Origin: Anaerolineae bacterium
Lineage (GTDB): Bacteria > Chloroflexota > Anaerolineae > B4-G1 > DUEL01
Assembly: GCA_041082215.1 (NCBI GenBank)
Contig: JBDOIF010000008.1
Coordinates: forward strand, 70,036 to 123,262
Reading direction: 5' to 3'
DNA length: 53,227 nucleotides
This document shows positions 1 through 11,200 of the stretch, piece after piece. Position 1 is the stretch's first letter; each line of letters begins with the position of its first letter. The position numbers and the translations under genes were made by a program. Under the pieces are notes generated by a model, which was given only the letters and a program-made list of their open reading frames with translations, was not told the origin of the DNA and ran no database searches.

Positions 1-449
1 TCCAGGTGCTGGGGATGGACCTGTTTGTCGGCAACTTCGAGTCCACCGACGATGGCCGCCGCGCGGGTGAGGACCTGATTGCCGAGGGCGCGGACATCAT
101 CATGCCCGTCGCCGGCCCGGTCGGCCTGGGCACCGCCGCCGCGGTCCAGGAGCATCCCGGCACGATGCTCATCGGTGTGGATACCGACTGGTGCATCAGC
201 GCCGCCGAGTACTGCCCGGTGGTGCTGACCAGCGTGATGAAGAACATGGATGTGGCGGTGCGGGATGCCATCAAGATGGCTCTGGAGGGGACCTTCCAGG
301 GTGGCACCTACGTCGGCACCCTGGCCAACGGTGGCGTGGGCATCGCCCCCTTCCATGAGTTCGACGATGACGTGCCGGCCGAGCTGAAGGCAGAGCTGGA
401 AGAGATCCAGCAGGGGCTCATCAACGGCACTATCGACACCGGATGGTAA
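1..449 (+). CDS. BMP-family ABC transporter substrate-binding protein, 5'-truncated by the window
   Basis: C-terminal BMP motifs (GADIIMPVAGPVGLG, IGVDTD, LTSVMKNMD, GTLANGGVG); lies upstream of a nucleoside-type ABC ATPase and permeases. Confidence 0.9.
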   Translation, partial: QVLGMDLFVGNFESTDDGRRAGEDLIAEGADIIMPVAGPVGLGTAAAVQEHPGTMLIGVDTDWCISAAEYCPVVLTSVMKNMDVAVRDAIKMALEGTFQGGTYVGTLANGGVGIAPFHEFDDDVPAELKAELEEIQQGLINGTIDTGW

Positions 450-463
450 ACTGAAGCAGGTAA

Positions 464-495
464 GGGTGGTGCTGGCCGCTGTGCCAGCACCACCC
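464..495 (+). terminator. 13-bp stem-loop after the substrate-binding gene (mRNA stabiliser or weak terminator)
   Basis: GGGTGGTGCTGGC-cgctgt-GCCAGCACCACCC perfect stem; no U-tract. Confidence 0.5.
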
Positions 496-712
496 ATCCC
501 CTGGTAACCACCGTTGTGGGGAGCGGAGGGCACGGAGAAACAACCGAAAATGAGAGCCACCGTGCCCTGCTTCTGTATTTAAAGCCTGGTGTGCAACACT
601 CTGGCTCCGCTCTGCGGGTTTACCGTGCAGGCGTTTGGGCACCCGACGGAGCAGGCCGACGGTATCAACTTCCGGAAAGAAAACTACTCCGGTCGCTGAA
701 AGGGGGAGATCT

Positions 713-2254
713 GTGCTTCCAGTGCTGGAGCTGCGAGGGATTACCAAAGCTTTCCCCGGCGTCCTGGCCAACGACCACATAGACCTTACCCTGGAGCGGG
801 GGGAAGTCCATGCCCTTCTGGGGGAAAACGGGGCGGGTAAAACCACCCTGATGAATATCCTCTACGGGTTGTATGCCCCGGACGAAGGGGAAATTTACAT
901 CCGTGGCCAACGGGTGGAGATCCGCCAACCCAACGACGCCATCGCCCAGGGCATCGGTATGGTCCACCAGCACTTCATGCTGGTACCGGTGCTCACGGTC
1001 ACCGAGAACGTCATGCTGGGCGTGGAGTCGGTCCGTAACGGGATTTTCCTGGATCGGGCCGACGCGGCCCGCCGTATCCGCCAGATCTCCGAGCAGTACG
1101 GCCTGGAGGTGGACCCCGATGCCTATGTCAAGAGCCTGCCGGTGGGAGTGCAGCAGCGGGTGGAGATCATCAAGCTCCTCTACCGCCAGGCCGACATCCT
1201 GATCCTGGATGAGCCGACGGCGGTCCTTACCCCCCAGGAGGTGGAGGAACTCTTCAAGGTCATCCGCTCCCTGGTGGCCCAGGGGAAGTCGGTGATCTTC
1301 ATCACCCACAAGCTGAAGGAAGTGATGGCCATCGCCGACCGGATCACCGTCCTGCGCAACGGACGTGTGGTGGGGACCACCACACCCGCTGAGACCACGG
1401 AGGAGCGGCTGGCGGCGATGATGGTGGGCCGGGAGGTGATCCTGCGGGTGGATAAAGCCCCCGCCCGCCCCGGTGAGACGGTGCTCTCGGTGGAGGGGCT
1501 GGAGGTGCTGGACGATCGGGGGAACCCCGCCGTCCGGGGTGTCTCCTTCGAGGTGCGGGCCGGCGAGGTGCTGGGGGTGGCTGGCGTCCAGGGGAACGGG
1601 CAGACGGAGCTGGTGCAGGCTCTGACCGGCCTCCGTACCCCACTGGCAGGCCGCGTCCTCATCAACGGCACCGACGTCACCGGTAGGCCTCCCCGCCGCG
1701 TGCTCCAGCAGGGGGTGGCTCACGTACCGGAGGACCGACAGAAGGACGGGCTGGTGCTCAGTTTCCCCGTCGCCGATAACCTGATCCTCAATACCTATTA
1801 CCTCCCTCCCTTCGCCCGCAGGGGGGTGCTTGAGCAGGCGACGATCTTCTCCGTAGCGGAGCAGCGGGTGCGGGAATTCGACGTGCGCACTCCCAGCGTC
1901 CTCACCCCCGTCTCCAGCCTCTCCGGCGGCAACCAGCAGAAGGTGATCGTCGCCCGGGAGTTCTCCCGCCCCATCCGGCTCCTCATCGCCTCCCAGCCCA
2001 CCCGGGGGCTGGATGTGGGCTCCATCGAGTACATCCATCGCCGCATCATCGAGAAGCGGGACGAAGGCTGCGCCGTCCTCCTGGTCTCGCCGGAGCTGGA
2101 TGAGGTGATGAGCCTTTCGGACCGGATCGCTGTGATGTATGAAGGAGAGATCGTGGATATCCTGCCGGCCGGAGAGGTGACCAGAGAGGAGATCGGTCTG
2201 CTGATGGCCGGCGTACGACGAGAGGAGGTCGCTCGTGCAGCCGTCACCCCATAG
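713..2254 (+). CDS. Nucleoside/sugar ABC transporter ATP-binding protein (two NBDs)
   Basis: GENGAGKTT Walker A, LILDEPT, LSGGNQQK, SQPTRGLD; GTG at 713 follows AGGGGGAG RBS. Confidence 0.95.
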   Translation: MLPVLELRGITKAFPGVLANDHIDLTLERGEVHALLGENGAGKTTLMNILYGLYAPDEGEIYIRGQRVEIRQPNDAIAQGIGMVHQHFMLVPVLTVTENVMLGVESVRNGIFLDRADAARRIRQISEQYGLEVDPDAYVKSLPVGVQQRVEIIKLLYRQADILILDEPTAVLTPQEVEELFKVIRSLVAQGKSVIFITHKLKEVMAIADRITVLRNGRVVGTTTPAETTEERLAAMMVGREVILRVDKAPARPGETVLSVEGLEVLDDRGNPAVRGVSFEVRAGEVLGVAGVQGNGQTELVQALTGLRTPLAGRVLINGTDVTGRPPRRVLQQGVAHVPEDRQKDGLVLSFPVADNLILNTYYLPPFARRGVLEQATIFSVAEQRVREFDVRTPSVLTPVSSLSGGNQQKVIVAREFSRPIRLLIASQPTRGLDVGSIEYIHRRIIEKRDEGCAVLLVSPELDEVMSLSDRIAVMYEGEIVDILPAGEVTREEIGLLMAGVRREEVARAAVTP

Positions 2255-4433
2255 ATTGAAGGTAGGTCTGGTCACCGATGTGGGCCGCATTGATGATGGG
2301 ACCTTCAATCAGTATGCCTATGAAGGGCTGACCCGGGCCGCCCAGGAGCACGGGCTGGAAGTGGAGGTCTTCCAGACCGAAACCCCGGCCGAATACGAGG
2401 CCAACCTCCGCCAGTCCATCGAGCAGGGGTGTACCCTCATTGTCACCGTTGGTTCCACCACAGGGCCGATGGTAGAGCGACTTTCGGTCCGCTTCCCCCA
2501 GGTCCATTTCATCATTGTGGACTACGAACCGCTGCCGGAGAGCCGCAACGTCACCGGGCTGGTCTTTGCCGAGGACCAGGCCGGCTTTCTGGCCGGCGCA
2601 CTGGCCGGGCTGGTGACGGAGAGAGAGACGGTGGGGTTCATCGGCGGGGTAGACGTGCCGCCGGTGCGGAAGTTTCACCGGGGGTTTGAGCACGGGCTGG
2701 CCTTCACCAACCGCCGGGCAAAGGTGGTGGCTGTCTATACCGACTCCTTTACCGACCTGAAGGCGGGGGAACAGGCAGCAGCCGGGCTGGTGGAACAGGG
2801 CGCCGATGTCGTCTTCGCCGCGGCGGGCGCCAGCGGCAGCGCAGCGCTCCGTGTTGCAGCCCGCGACGGGGCCTGGGTCATCGGGGTGGACCAGGACCAG
2901 TGGGTGACGACCTTTGAGGAAGGCAGGGTGCCGGGTGCGGAGCGGCTGCTGACCAGCGCGGTCAAGCGGGTGGACCGGGCGGTCTACACCGCCGTGGTCC
3001 AGGCGCTGGAGGGGAAGCTGCACAGTGGTGTGCTCCGCTTCGACCTGACCAACGACGGGGTCGGGCTGGCCTCCTACCACGCCGCCGACGTGGCCGTTCC
3101 CTCCGAGGTGCGGGGCAAGATCCTGGAGGTAACGGAGGGGATGCGTTCCGGACGGATCCGCACCCAGGTCGGCCCGCTGGGGGAAGACCTGCGGGCGGGG
3201 CTGATCCGACGGATCACGACCTGGAACTGGCAGGCGGTGATGCTCCCCTTCCTGGCGATCTTCACCGCCCTGGTTATCGGCGCGCTCTTTATCGCTGCCT
3301 TCGATCCCAAAGTGTGGGCCGCCTTCGGGACGGGGTTCGGGCCAGGGCTGGCGGCGGCCTGGGGGACCATCGCCCGCGCCTACGCTGCCCTCTTCGAGGG
3401 GGCCTTCGGCAACCCCACCCGTATCATCGCCGGCATCCAGACGTATGTCCAGACCGGGGAGGCGGCCAGCTTCCTCTCCGGCATTCGCCCGCTGACGGAA
3501 AGCCTCCGCATCGCCACCCCCTACATCTTCGCCGGGCTGGCGGTGGCGCTGGGCTTCCGCTGCGGCCTCTTCAACATCGGTGCCGAAGGGCAGTATTTCA
3601 TCGGCGGGCTGGCGTCGGTGTACGTGGGCTATAGCCTGAAGGGGCTGCCCTGGTTTATCCACCTCCCTCTGGCCCTGGGGGCAGGAATGGCAGGGGGTGG
3701 GGCCTGGGCCGCCATCGCCGGGTGGTTGAAGGCCAAGACCGGCGCCCACGAGGTGATCAACACCATTATGCTCAACTATATCGCCTACCGATTGGCCGAC
3801 TATCTCCTCCAGGTGGGCGGCCCGATGGCCCGCCCTGGCGACTTCCGCCCTGTGAGCCCGGAGATCGAGCGCTCCGCCTACCTTCCCCAGTTCTTCCCCA
3901 ACGACCCCTCCATTCGCATCAACGCCGGGCTCCTGCTGGCGCTGGCTGCTGTGGGGATCGTCTACTGGCTGCTGTTCAAGACGACGGTGGGGTTTGAGAT
4001 CCGGGCGGTGGGGGCCAACCCACGGGCGGCGCGGACCGCCGGGATCAGTGTGGCACGGAACTTTGTGCTGGCTATGGCGTTGAGCGGCGCGCTGGCCGGG
4101 CTGGCCGGCGCCCACGATATCCTTGGGGTGCTCCACTTTATGCCCAACGCCTTCTTCTCCGGCTACGGCTTCGACGCTATCGCGCTGGCCCTCCTGGGGA
4201 AGAGCCACCCGTTGGGGGTGCTGCTGGCCTCGCTTCTCTTCGGCTTCCTGCGGGCCGGCGCACAGCGGATGCAGGCCCCACCAGCCTTCGTGCCCATAGA
4301 TATTATCTCCGTGGTGCAGGCGCTGATCATCATCTTCATCGCCGCACCGGAGGTGGTCCGCCTGATCTACCGCATCCGGGCCCCCAGGGTGGAAGCGGAA
4401 GCGGTCTTCACCCGGGGCTGGGGAAGGTTGTAA
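2235..4433 (+). CDS. Fusion of BMP-family binding domain and nucleoside ABC permease
   Basis: N-terminal KVGLVTDVGRIDDGTFNQ and IGVDQDQ (BMP); C-terminal GLFNIGAEGQ, HEVINTIMLNY, GFDAIALALLG (permease); AGAGGAGG RBS before GTG. Confidence 0.9.
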   Translation: MQPSPHRLKVGLVTDVGRIDDGTFNQYAYEGLTRAAQEHGLEVEVFQTETPAEYEANLRQSIEQGCTLIVTVGSTTGPMVERLSVRFPQVHFIIVDYEPLPESRNVTGLVFAEDQAGFLAGALAGLVTERETVGFIGGVDVPPVRKFHRGFEHGLAFTNRRAKVVAVYTDSFTDLKAGEQAAAGLVEQGADVVFAAAGASGSAALRVAARDGAWVIGVDQDQWVTTFEEGRVPGAERLLTSAVKRVDRAVYTAVVQALEGKLHSGVLRFDLTNDGVGLASYHAADVAVPSEVRGKILEVTEGMRSGRIRTQVGPLGEDLRAGLIRRITTWNWQAVMLPFLAIFTALVIGALFIAAFDPKVWAAFGTGFGPGLAAAWGTIARAYAALFEGAFGNPTRIIAGIQTYVQTGEAASFLSGIRPLTESLRIATPYIFAGLAVALGFRCGLFNIGAEGQYFIGGLASVYVGYSLKGLPWFIHLPLALGAGMAGGGAWAAIAGWLKAKTGAHEVINTIMLNYIAYRLADYLLQVGGPMARPGDFRPVSPEIERSAYLPQFFPNDPSIRINAGLLLALAAVGIVYWLLFKTTVGFEIRAVGANPRAARTAGISVARNFVLAMALSGALAGLAGAHDILGVLHFMPNAFFSGYGFDAIALALLGKSHPLGVLLASLLFGFLRAGAQRMQAPPAFVPIDIISVVQALIIIFIAAPEVVRLIYRIRAPRVEAEAVFTRGWGRL

Positions 4434-4436
4434 AAT

Positions 4437-4462
4437 GTAGCGCAAGATAAATCTTGCGCTAC
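4437..4462. repeat. GTAG-type REP-like palindrome
   Basis: GTAGCGCAAGAT-aa-ATCTTGCGCTAC; near-identical copy at 20428-20453. Confidence 0.85.
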
Positions 4463-4484
4463 GGAAGTGAATAGGAGGTCGGTT

Positions 4485-5783
4485 GTGAGTACAGTTTGGG
4501 AGCGGATCGGAACCAGGGGTGGGGTCTCCCCCAGGCGGGCGCGGACTTATGGCCTGATCTTTCTCGGAGCAGGGCTTCTGATCTTCCTGCTCTTTGCCCG
4601 TACCTCTACGCCGGACCAGAGCACCACTTTTGTGCTGAATCCCGGCGGTCAGTCCCGGGCGATCCCGGTGCCGGATCTGACCGTCCCCAGCCTGGGCACG
4701 TTGTACGGACTGGCGCTGCTCTCGGCCTTCCTGGGGGGCTGGCAGATGGCACGGGGTTTCCGGCGGGTCAACCTGGCGCTGGGTGGGGTGGCAGCACTGT
4801 TCGTGCTGGCCTTCCTCACCTGGGCAGCCCGTGACCGGTCGCTGAACCTGACCGGCCTCTTCAGCAGCGCCCTTCTGCGGGCTGTTCCGATCGCCCTGGC
4901 CGGCCTCTCCGGCGTGATGTGTGAGCGGTGTGCGGTGATCAACATCGCTATCGAGGGGATGATGCTTACCGGAGCCTTCGCAGCCGCGTTGATGGGAAGC
5001 GTGGCCGCCAACGTCTGGGCATGGCCCTCGTGGGCATCCCTTCTCTTCGGGCTCCTCAACGGCCTATTCGTGGGCGCACTCCTGGGGCTGCTGCTGGCCG
5101 TGCTGGCGGTCCGGTTTAAGGTGGACCAGATCATCGCCGGAACCGCCATCAACATCCTGGCCGTGGGCATCACCAGCTTTCTCAGCGCCCGTATCCTGGC
5201 CCAGTTTCAGTACCTCAACAATCCCGGCATCTTTCGCCCCGTCTCCATTCCCCTCCTCTCTCGCATCCCCGTCATCGGGCCGGTCCTCTTTGAGCAGAAC
5301 GTCCTGGTCTACGCCCTCTTCGTCCTCCTGGTGGTCATCCACGTGATGCTCTTCCATACCCGCTGGGGTCTGCGCACCCGGGCAGTGGGGGAGCACCCCC
5401 GGGCAGCGGATACGCTGGGGGTCAACGTTTTCAAGACACGTTATGTCAATGTAACGCTCGGAGGGATGGTGGCCGGGCTGGCAGGGGCCTTCCTCATCCT
5501 GGGGTCGGTGGGCCGGTTCGATGAGTTAATGACCGCCGGCAAGGGGTTTATCGGCCTGGCGGCGATGATCTTCGGCAAATGGATGCCGTTCGGGGCCTTC
5601 GGCGCCGCCCTCATCTTCGGCTTCGCCGACGCGCTGCAGACCAAGCTGGCTATTCTGGAGGTCCCTATCCCCTCCCAGTTCCTGCTGATGGCCCCCTACC
5701 TGGTAACGATGATCGTCCTGGCCGGCGTGGTCGGTGAAGCGGTCCCGCCTGCCGCCGACGGCCAGCCCTACGAGAAGCAATAA
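4485..5783 (+). CDS. Nucleoside ABC transporter permease with N-terminal membrane extension
   Basis: ERCAVINIAIEGMML, RAVGEHPRAADTLG, GKGFIGLAAMIFGKW, PYLVT motifs; AGGAGG RBS before GTG 4485. Confidence 0.92.
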   Translation: MSTVWERIGTRGGVSPRRARTYGLIFLGAGLLIFLLFARTSTPDQSTTFVLNPGGQSRAIPVPDLTVPSLGTLYGLALLSAFLGGWQMARGFRRVNLALGGVAALFVLAFLTWAARDRSLNLTGLFSSALLRAVPIALAGLSGVMCERCAVINIAIEGMMLTGAFAAALMGSVAANVWAWPSWASLLFGLLNGLFVGALLGLLLAVLAVRFKVDQIIAGTAINILAVGITSFLSARILAQFQYLNNPGIFRPVSIPLLSRIPVIGPVLFEQNVLVYALFVLLVVIHVMLFHTRWGLRTRAVGEHPRAADTLGVNVFKTRYVNVTLGGMVAGLAGAFLILGSVGRFDELMTAGKGFIGLAAMIFGKWMPFGAFGAALIFGFADALQTKLAILEVPIPSQFLLMAPYLVTMIVLAGVVGEAVPPAADGQPYEKQ

Positions 5784-5907
5784 GTAGCGCAGGCCACCAG
5801 GCCTGCTCTGTACTAGCGCCAAACACCACAGCGCCGTCTCGCGCTGGTACGCAATAAGTAGCGCAGGCCGCCAGGCCTGCTTCGTACAGGCTAACAGCCT
5901 GTGCTAC
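5777..5907. repeat. GTAG-type REP cluster with 31-bp direct repeat
   Basis: GCAATAAGTAGCGCAGGCC(A/G)CCAGGCCTGCT at 5777-5807 and 5851-5881, then CAGGCTAACAGCCTGTGCTAC. Confidence 0.75.
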
Positions 5908-6001
5908 AGGACAAAACCGTCTGGCAGCCGGAGCTTCTCACAGGACTCTGTGCTCTCTCTGTGGTGATAACGGCCTCTGTTCCATCGAAGGAGAAAGGGC
6001 A

Positions 6002-7345
6002 ATGAGACCATCTGAGAGACCACGTCCGTCGGGCAAAGGGTATCTCGTTTTCGCCGTTTCCCTCCTTCTGTTGATCTCCACCCTGAAAATGGCCGACCGC
6101 GAACTCCTGGCCCCCCTTTACGTCCCGGTGAGCCGGGAGCTGGGCCTTAACGACCTTCAGTTCGGCATCATCCGCTCCTCCACCGACATTGCCCTGATTG
6201 TGGGGACCCTCCTTTTTGGCCTTCTGGCCGACCGGTGGCGGCGGCGGGACGTGGTGGCTCTGGGAACGCTGTGCTGGTCTGCCATCACATGGGGGACGAC
6301 CTGGGCGCAGAATTTCCTCCACCTGCTCCTGGCGCGGGCCAGCATGACCTTCTTCCACGCTGCCTACACCACGGCCGCCTACCCGATGCTGAGCGATATG
6401 GTCCCCCGCCGCTCGCGGGGAATGGTGATGGGGCTGGCAGGAGCGACGTTCGCTGTAGGGACGGTGGTGGCGCTGGTGGTGGCGGCGCTCCTGGGCACTG
6501 CCAACTGGCGTAGCCCTTTCATCTACTTCGGCATTCCAGGCCTCATCCTGGGGGCGTTGCTTCTCCTCTTCGTGCGGGAGCCGAAGCGAGGAGCAGGAGA
6601 GGATGAAGTGATGGAGGCAGGGGGGTATGCTGGTCGCTTTAGCTGGCAGGTGCTGGGCAGGACGCTCCGCATCCGCACTGCCCTCCTGGTCTACCTGCTC
6701 GACTCCTGCCAGGGCTCCACCTGGTGGGCCTTCTCCTTCTGGGCGCCAGCCTACCTGCTGCGATACCATATCGCGCCAGACCCGGATACGGCGGCGCTGG
6801 CGCTCTTGCCCGCCGTCGCCGGCTTCGTCGTCGGCACGCTCTTCGGCGGCTGGCTGATTGACCGGCTCCGGACGTACACCGAACGCTCGGCCATCTGGGT
6901 ATCCCTGGTCTCAATGACGGGTGCGCTGGCGATGAGCGTGGTCGTCTTCTCCCTCCGGGACCTCACCGGCGTGCTGATAGCCGGCTTTTTCCTGGGCCTC
7001 TTCGGCTACATGATCATGCCCGCCATCAACGTTATCCTCTACGACGTGGTTCCCCCGGAGACCCGTTCCTCGGCGACCGCCGCCGATGGGATGATCCTCA
7101 GCGGGTTCTCTGCCCTCACCTCCTTCTCGATCGGCGCGGTGAGCCATTACGTGGGGCTCTGGCAGGGACTGGCGGAGGGGAACCTGCGGGCAGGCTTCCA
7201 GGGGGCAGCGACAGTGCTGTTGATAGGGGCGATCCTGGTCTCTCTGACCCTCCTGCGGGTGGCCCCGGCCGATATGGCGGCGCTTCGACAGCATGTGGCT
7301 GCCCGGGCAGTGGCGGCAAACCCGGGCCACCCATCGGAGGAGTAG
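6002..7345 (+). CDS. MFS transporter
   Basis: Motif A (GLLADRWRRR; GGWLIDRL), about 12 hydrophobic segments. Confidence 0.92.
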   Translation: MRPSERPRPSGKGYLVFAVSLLLLISTLKMADRELLAPLYVPVSRELGLNDLQFGIIRSSTDIALIVGTLLFGLLADRWRRRDVVALGTLCWSAITWGTTWAQNFLHLLLARASMTFFHAAYTTAAYPMLSDMVPRRSRGMVMGLAGATFAVGTVVALVVAALLGTANWRSPFIYFGIPGLILGALLLLFVREPKRGAGEDEVMEAGGYAGRFSWQVLGRTLRIRTALLVYLLDSCQGSTWWAFSFWAPAYLLRYHIAPDPDTAALALLPAVAGFVVGTLFGGWLIDRLRTYTERSAIWVSLVSMTGALAMSVVVFSLRDLTGVLIAGFFLGLFGYMIMPAINVILYDVVPPETRSSATAADGMILSGFSALTSFSIGAVSHYVGLWQGLAEGNLRAGFQGAATVLLIGAILVSLTLLRVAPADMAALRQHVAARAVAANPGHPSEE

Positions 7346-7376
7346 CTCCGGGTGAAGCGACCCCGACCGAAAGAGA

Positions 7377-8279
7377 ATGCGTGGTCTCATTCAGAGCTTA
7401 ACCCGAACCCGCAACGCTGTCTTCAGCCGCATCGCCGCCCTGCTGGGGACCAGCGAGGTCACTTCCCAGACCTGGGAGGAGCTGGAAGCGCTGCTCATCC
7501 AGGCAGATGTCGGGGTGGAAACGACGACAGAGGTGCTGGCGCGGCTGCAGAGACGGGCACGGGTTGAGGCGATCGTCCGGGCCGACCGGCTGCAGGCGGC
7601 TCTGACGGAGGAGCTGCGGGCCATGTTGCCGGACCCCCCGCCGATGAATCTGGGGGGGCGGCCGCTGGACGTGATCCTGGTGGTCGGGGTCAACGGCTCG
7701 GGGAAGACCACGACCATCGCCAAGCTGGCTCACCGGTACCAGAAGGAGGGGAGAAACATTCTCCTGGCCGCGGCCGACACGTTCCGCGCTGCGGCGATGG
7801 ACCAGCTCCGCATCTGGGCAGAACGGGTCGGCTGCGATGTGGTGATGGGGCCGGAGGGCGGCGATCCGGGGGCGGTGGTGTACGACGCGCTTCAGGCGGC
7901 CCGCGGCCGGGGGAAGGACCTGGTGATCGCCGATACGGCGGGACGCCTGCATACCCGCTATAACCTGATGGAGGAGCTGCGCAAGATCCACCGGGTGATG
8001 GGCAAAGGAGTGGAGGGAGCACCTCACGAGACCCTCCTGGTGCTGGACGCGACGACAGGACAGAACGCCCTCTCCCAGGCCCGCCGATTTCAGGAGGCGG
8101 TGGCCGTTACAGGTGTGGTGCTGGCCAAGCTGGACAGCACGGCCCGGGGGGGGATGGTCTTCGCCATCGCCCACCAACTGGGCCTCCCGGTCCGTTTCGT
8201 CGGTACCGGAGAGAGCCTGGACGATCTGGCCCCCTTCAACCCCGACGAGTTCGTGCAGGGATTGTGGACAGAGCCTTAG
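7377..8279 (+). CDS. ftsY: Signal recognition particle receptor FtsY (NG domain only)
   Basis: [39 protein letters not shown]. Confidence 0.96.
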   Translation: MRGLIQSLTRTRNAVFSRIAALLGTSEVTSQTWEELEALLIQADVGVETTTEVLARLQRRARVEAIVRADRLQAALTEELRAMLPDPPPMNLGGRPLDVILVVGVNGSGKTTTIAKLAHRYQKEGRNILLAAADTFRAAAMDQLRIWAERVGCDVVMGPEGGDPGAVVYDALQAARGRGKDLVIADTAGRLHTRYNLMEELRKIHRVMGKGVEGAPHETLLVLDATTGQNALSQARRFQEAVAVTGVVLAKLDSTARGGMVFAIAHQLGLPVRFVGTGESLDDLAPFNPDEFVQGLWTEP

Positions 8280-8291
8280 GAAGACCCTCCG

Positions 8292-11200
8292 ATGCGTTGC
8301 GTGCGGTGTGGGTTTGAGAACCCCGAAGGGAGCCTTTTCTGCGGTCGGTGCGGAAGGGAGTTAAAGGGGATGCCCTCCTCCCCGCCCGGTGAACGGCGCC
8401 TGGTCACCATCCTCTTTGTCCACGTCGAGGGATTGCTGACCGTCTCCGAACAACTCGACCCCGAGGTCGCTTTCACCATCGTCAGTGCCTGCGCCGAGGC
8501 CCTTTCTATGCCGGTCTATCGGTACGGCGGGACGGTGGATAAGTTCATCGGCCCGGAACTGATGGCCGTCTTCGGCGCTCCAGAGGTGCACGAAGACGAC
8601 GCCGCCCGCGCGCTCTGGGCCTCCCTGGATATGATCGAGGCGCTCGAACGGTTCAACCAGGCCTATCATAGCCTGCTGCCAGGGCCGCTGGCCATCCGGT
8701 GCGGGGTCAATACGGGGATGGTCTTTGCCGGCGACGTGGGCGCACCGGGACTTCGGGCATTCACCGTCATCGGCGACGCCGTCAATCTGGCCAGCCGGCT
8801 GGCTCACCTGGCGGAACCCGGCCGGGTGTTCGTGGGAGAAGCCACCTACCGGCAGGCCCAGCGCCTTTTCTACTTTCAGCCTCTGCCCCCCATCTCCGTT
8901 CGTGGCCGGCAGGAAGAGGTCCTGGTACACGCCCTGCTGGGAGCGCGGGAAGGGTACTGGCGGGCCTGGGGGATCAGCGGGCTTTCCAGCCCCCTAGTGG
9001 GCCGCCAGCGGGAGATCGGCATCCTGCAGGATCATCTGCTCGCGCTGTCGGCCGGGAAGGGAGGGGTTGTCTCCCTGATCGGTGAGGCCGGGCTGGGCAA
9101 ATCCCGCCTGACAATGGAGATCCGCTCCGCCAACCAGGAGCTGCGCTGGCTGGAGGGCCGGAGCCTGTCCTTTCAGAGCGATCAGCCCTACTTTCCTTTC
9201 CGAAACCTGGTCCAGCGGTATACAGGTATTGACGAGGCGACGCCGCCAGCCGATGCGGACGAGCGGCTTTGTGAGGCTATCTCCCGCTTTGCCTCCGACC
9301 AGTTCGACCAGGTCTATCCCTTCCTGGGCTATATCCTCGGCATCCTTCCGGACAAGGACCACGCCGCCGTGCTGGAGCCCCTTTCGGGCGAGGGACTGCA
9401 ACGGGGCCTCCTTCGCGCCCTGAGAATTCTCTTGAAAGGAATGGCGGAGGACCGCCCAACAGTGGTCGTGATGGAGGACCTGCACTGGGCCGACAGAAGC
9501 TCTCTGGACCTGCTTGCCCGTCTAATGCCTATGGCGGCGGATTCCCCCCTCCTCTTCCTGCTCCTCCTTCGCCCGGAGACCGGGAGCGGCCTGTTACAAT
9601 GGGTGCGCAAGGAGGGAAAACAGACGAACCGCTACGCTGAAATTCTGCTCTCCCCCCTCTCCCCCCAGGAAAGCGTAACCCTGGTCGCAAACCTGCTGCG
9701 GACAGACCGGATCCCCCAGGCCCTCCAGGAACAGATCCTGGAAAAAGCAGAGGGGAATCCCCTCTTTATGGAAGAAATCGTCCGAACGCTGATTCAGGAT
9801 GGGGTACTGGCAGAACGGGAGGGGCGGTGGGAGGTGGCGCGGGAAGTGCGGATCGTTCACATTCCCGACACCCTCCGCGGCCTTCTGGCAAGCAGGGTGG
9901 ACGGGCTGGAGCCGGAGATCCGTCGGACGCTGCGCCAGGCCGCTGTCATCGGGCGCGTCTTCCCCGAACGGGTGCTGGCCGCCGTGGCGGGCAATGGGAA
10001 GGAATTGGCCCAGCATCTGCGGGTGCTGCTGGACCGGAACTTTATCCGGTATTACCGGCTGGAGGGGGAGCAGGGAAGGGCCTTTATTTTCAACCATGCC
10101 CTGACCCACGAGGCCACCTATGAGGGAATTCTGATCGAGGAGCGTCGCCTCCTCCATCGGCGGACGCTGGAGGAGATGGAGAGGCTTTACGCTGGCCGGC
10201 TTGAAGCCCTCTACGCCACCCTCGCCCGCCACGCCTATCTCGGCGAGGTGTGGGATAAGGCGGCCTGCTATCTCCATCTCGCGGGCGATCGGGCCAAAGC
10301 CGCCTACGCTCTCCCCGAGGCCGTGCACCATTATCAGAGGGCGATGGGGATTATCCAGGAGTACGGCGTGAAGCTGGACCGGGAACGGATCGCCGATCTC
10401 TACCACGAGTGTTGCAGCGCTCAGATCCAACTGGGCGACTACAGGGCCGCGCGGGTGGTCTGCAATGTGCTGATGGAGACGGCGGAGCGGCTGAACGATC
10501 CGTACCTCCGGGGACATGCGCTGCGGGCGGCGGCCCTTATCGCCGCCTACACGGGAGATACAGTGGCCCAGGTCTCCAGCGCACAGGCAGCCTGTCGGGA
10601 GCTGGAGCGGGCAGGCGCCGACTGGAGCCGGGGCACGGCGCTCTTCCTCCTGGCCCTGGGCCTCTTCAAATCCGGCCGGCTGGATGAAGCCGGTGCCGCT
10701 ATCGAGAAAGGCCTGCAACTGGTGGGGGACACCCGTCGCTGGCCAGGATACGATCCCAGGAGTGAAGCGCTGTTCTACGCCGGCCTGATCGCCATCGTTC
10801 AGGGTCGGCTGGATGTGGCGCTGGAAAGGCTGGAATCGGGCATCGCATTGACCGAAAGGACAGGGGAGCAGTCCCTCAGGGGGTTCTGTACGAACTTTGC
10901 CGGCCTGGCTTATGGCTTGAGGGGAGAGTACGCCCGCGGCCTGGAAAAGGCAGAGGAGGGGAAGCGGTTGGGAATGGAGGCGGACCTTCCTCTGGTCACC
11001 GAGTCCGCCTCCGCCTGCGCGGCGTGGATCTGTGCTCTGAGCGGATGCTTTGGGGAAACCTTTCGCGCGGCCCTCCCCCTGGCATTCCGAAAGCCTGCCT
11101 CTCTGGACGCCCGGGCCATCGCCTGCTTGGCTCTGGGGGACGCCTGCCTGGGCACCCTGGAGTTCGAGGAGGGGATGCGATACTATCAGCAGGCCCTGGA

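Noticed and set aside
615..670. TGGGCAC...GGAGC motif reminiscent of a c-di-GMP-II riboswitch
   Set aside because: The 5' GAAA element and the GTGCAACC pseudoknot partner are not in the correct positions; an Rfam scan would settle it.
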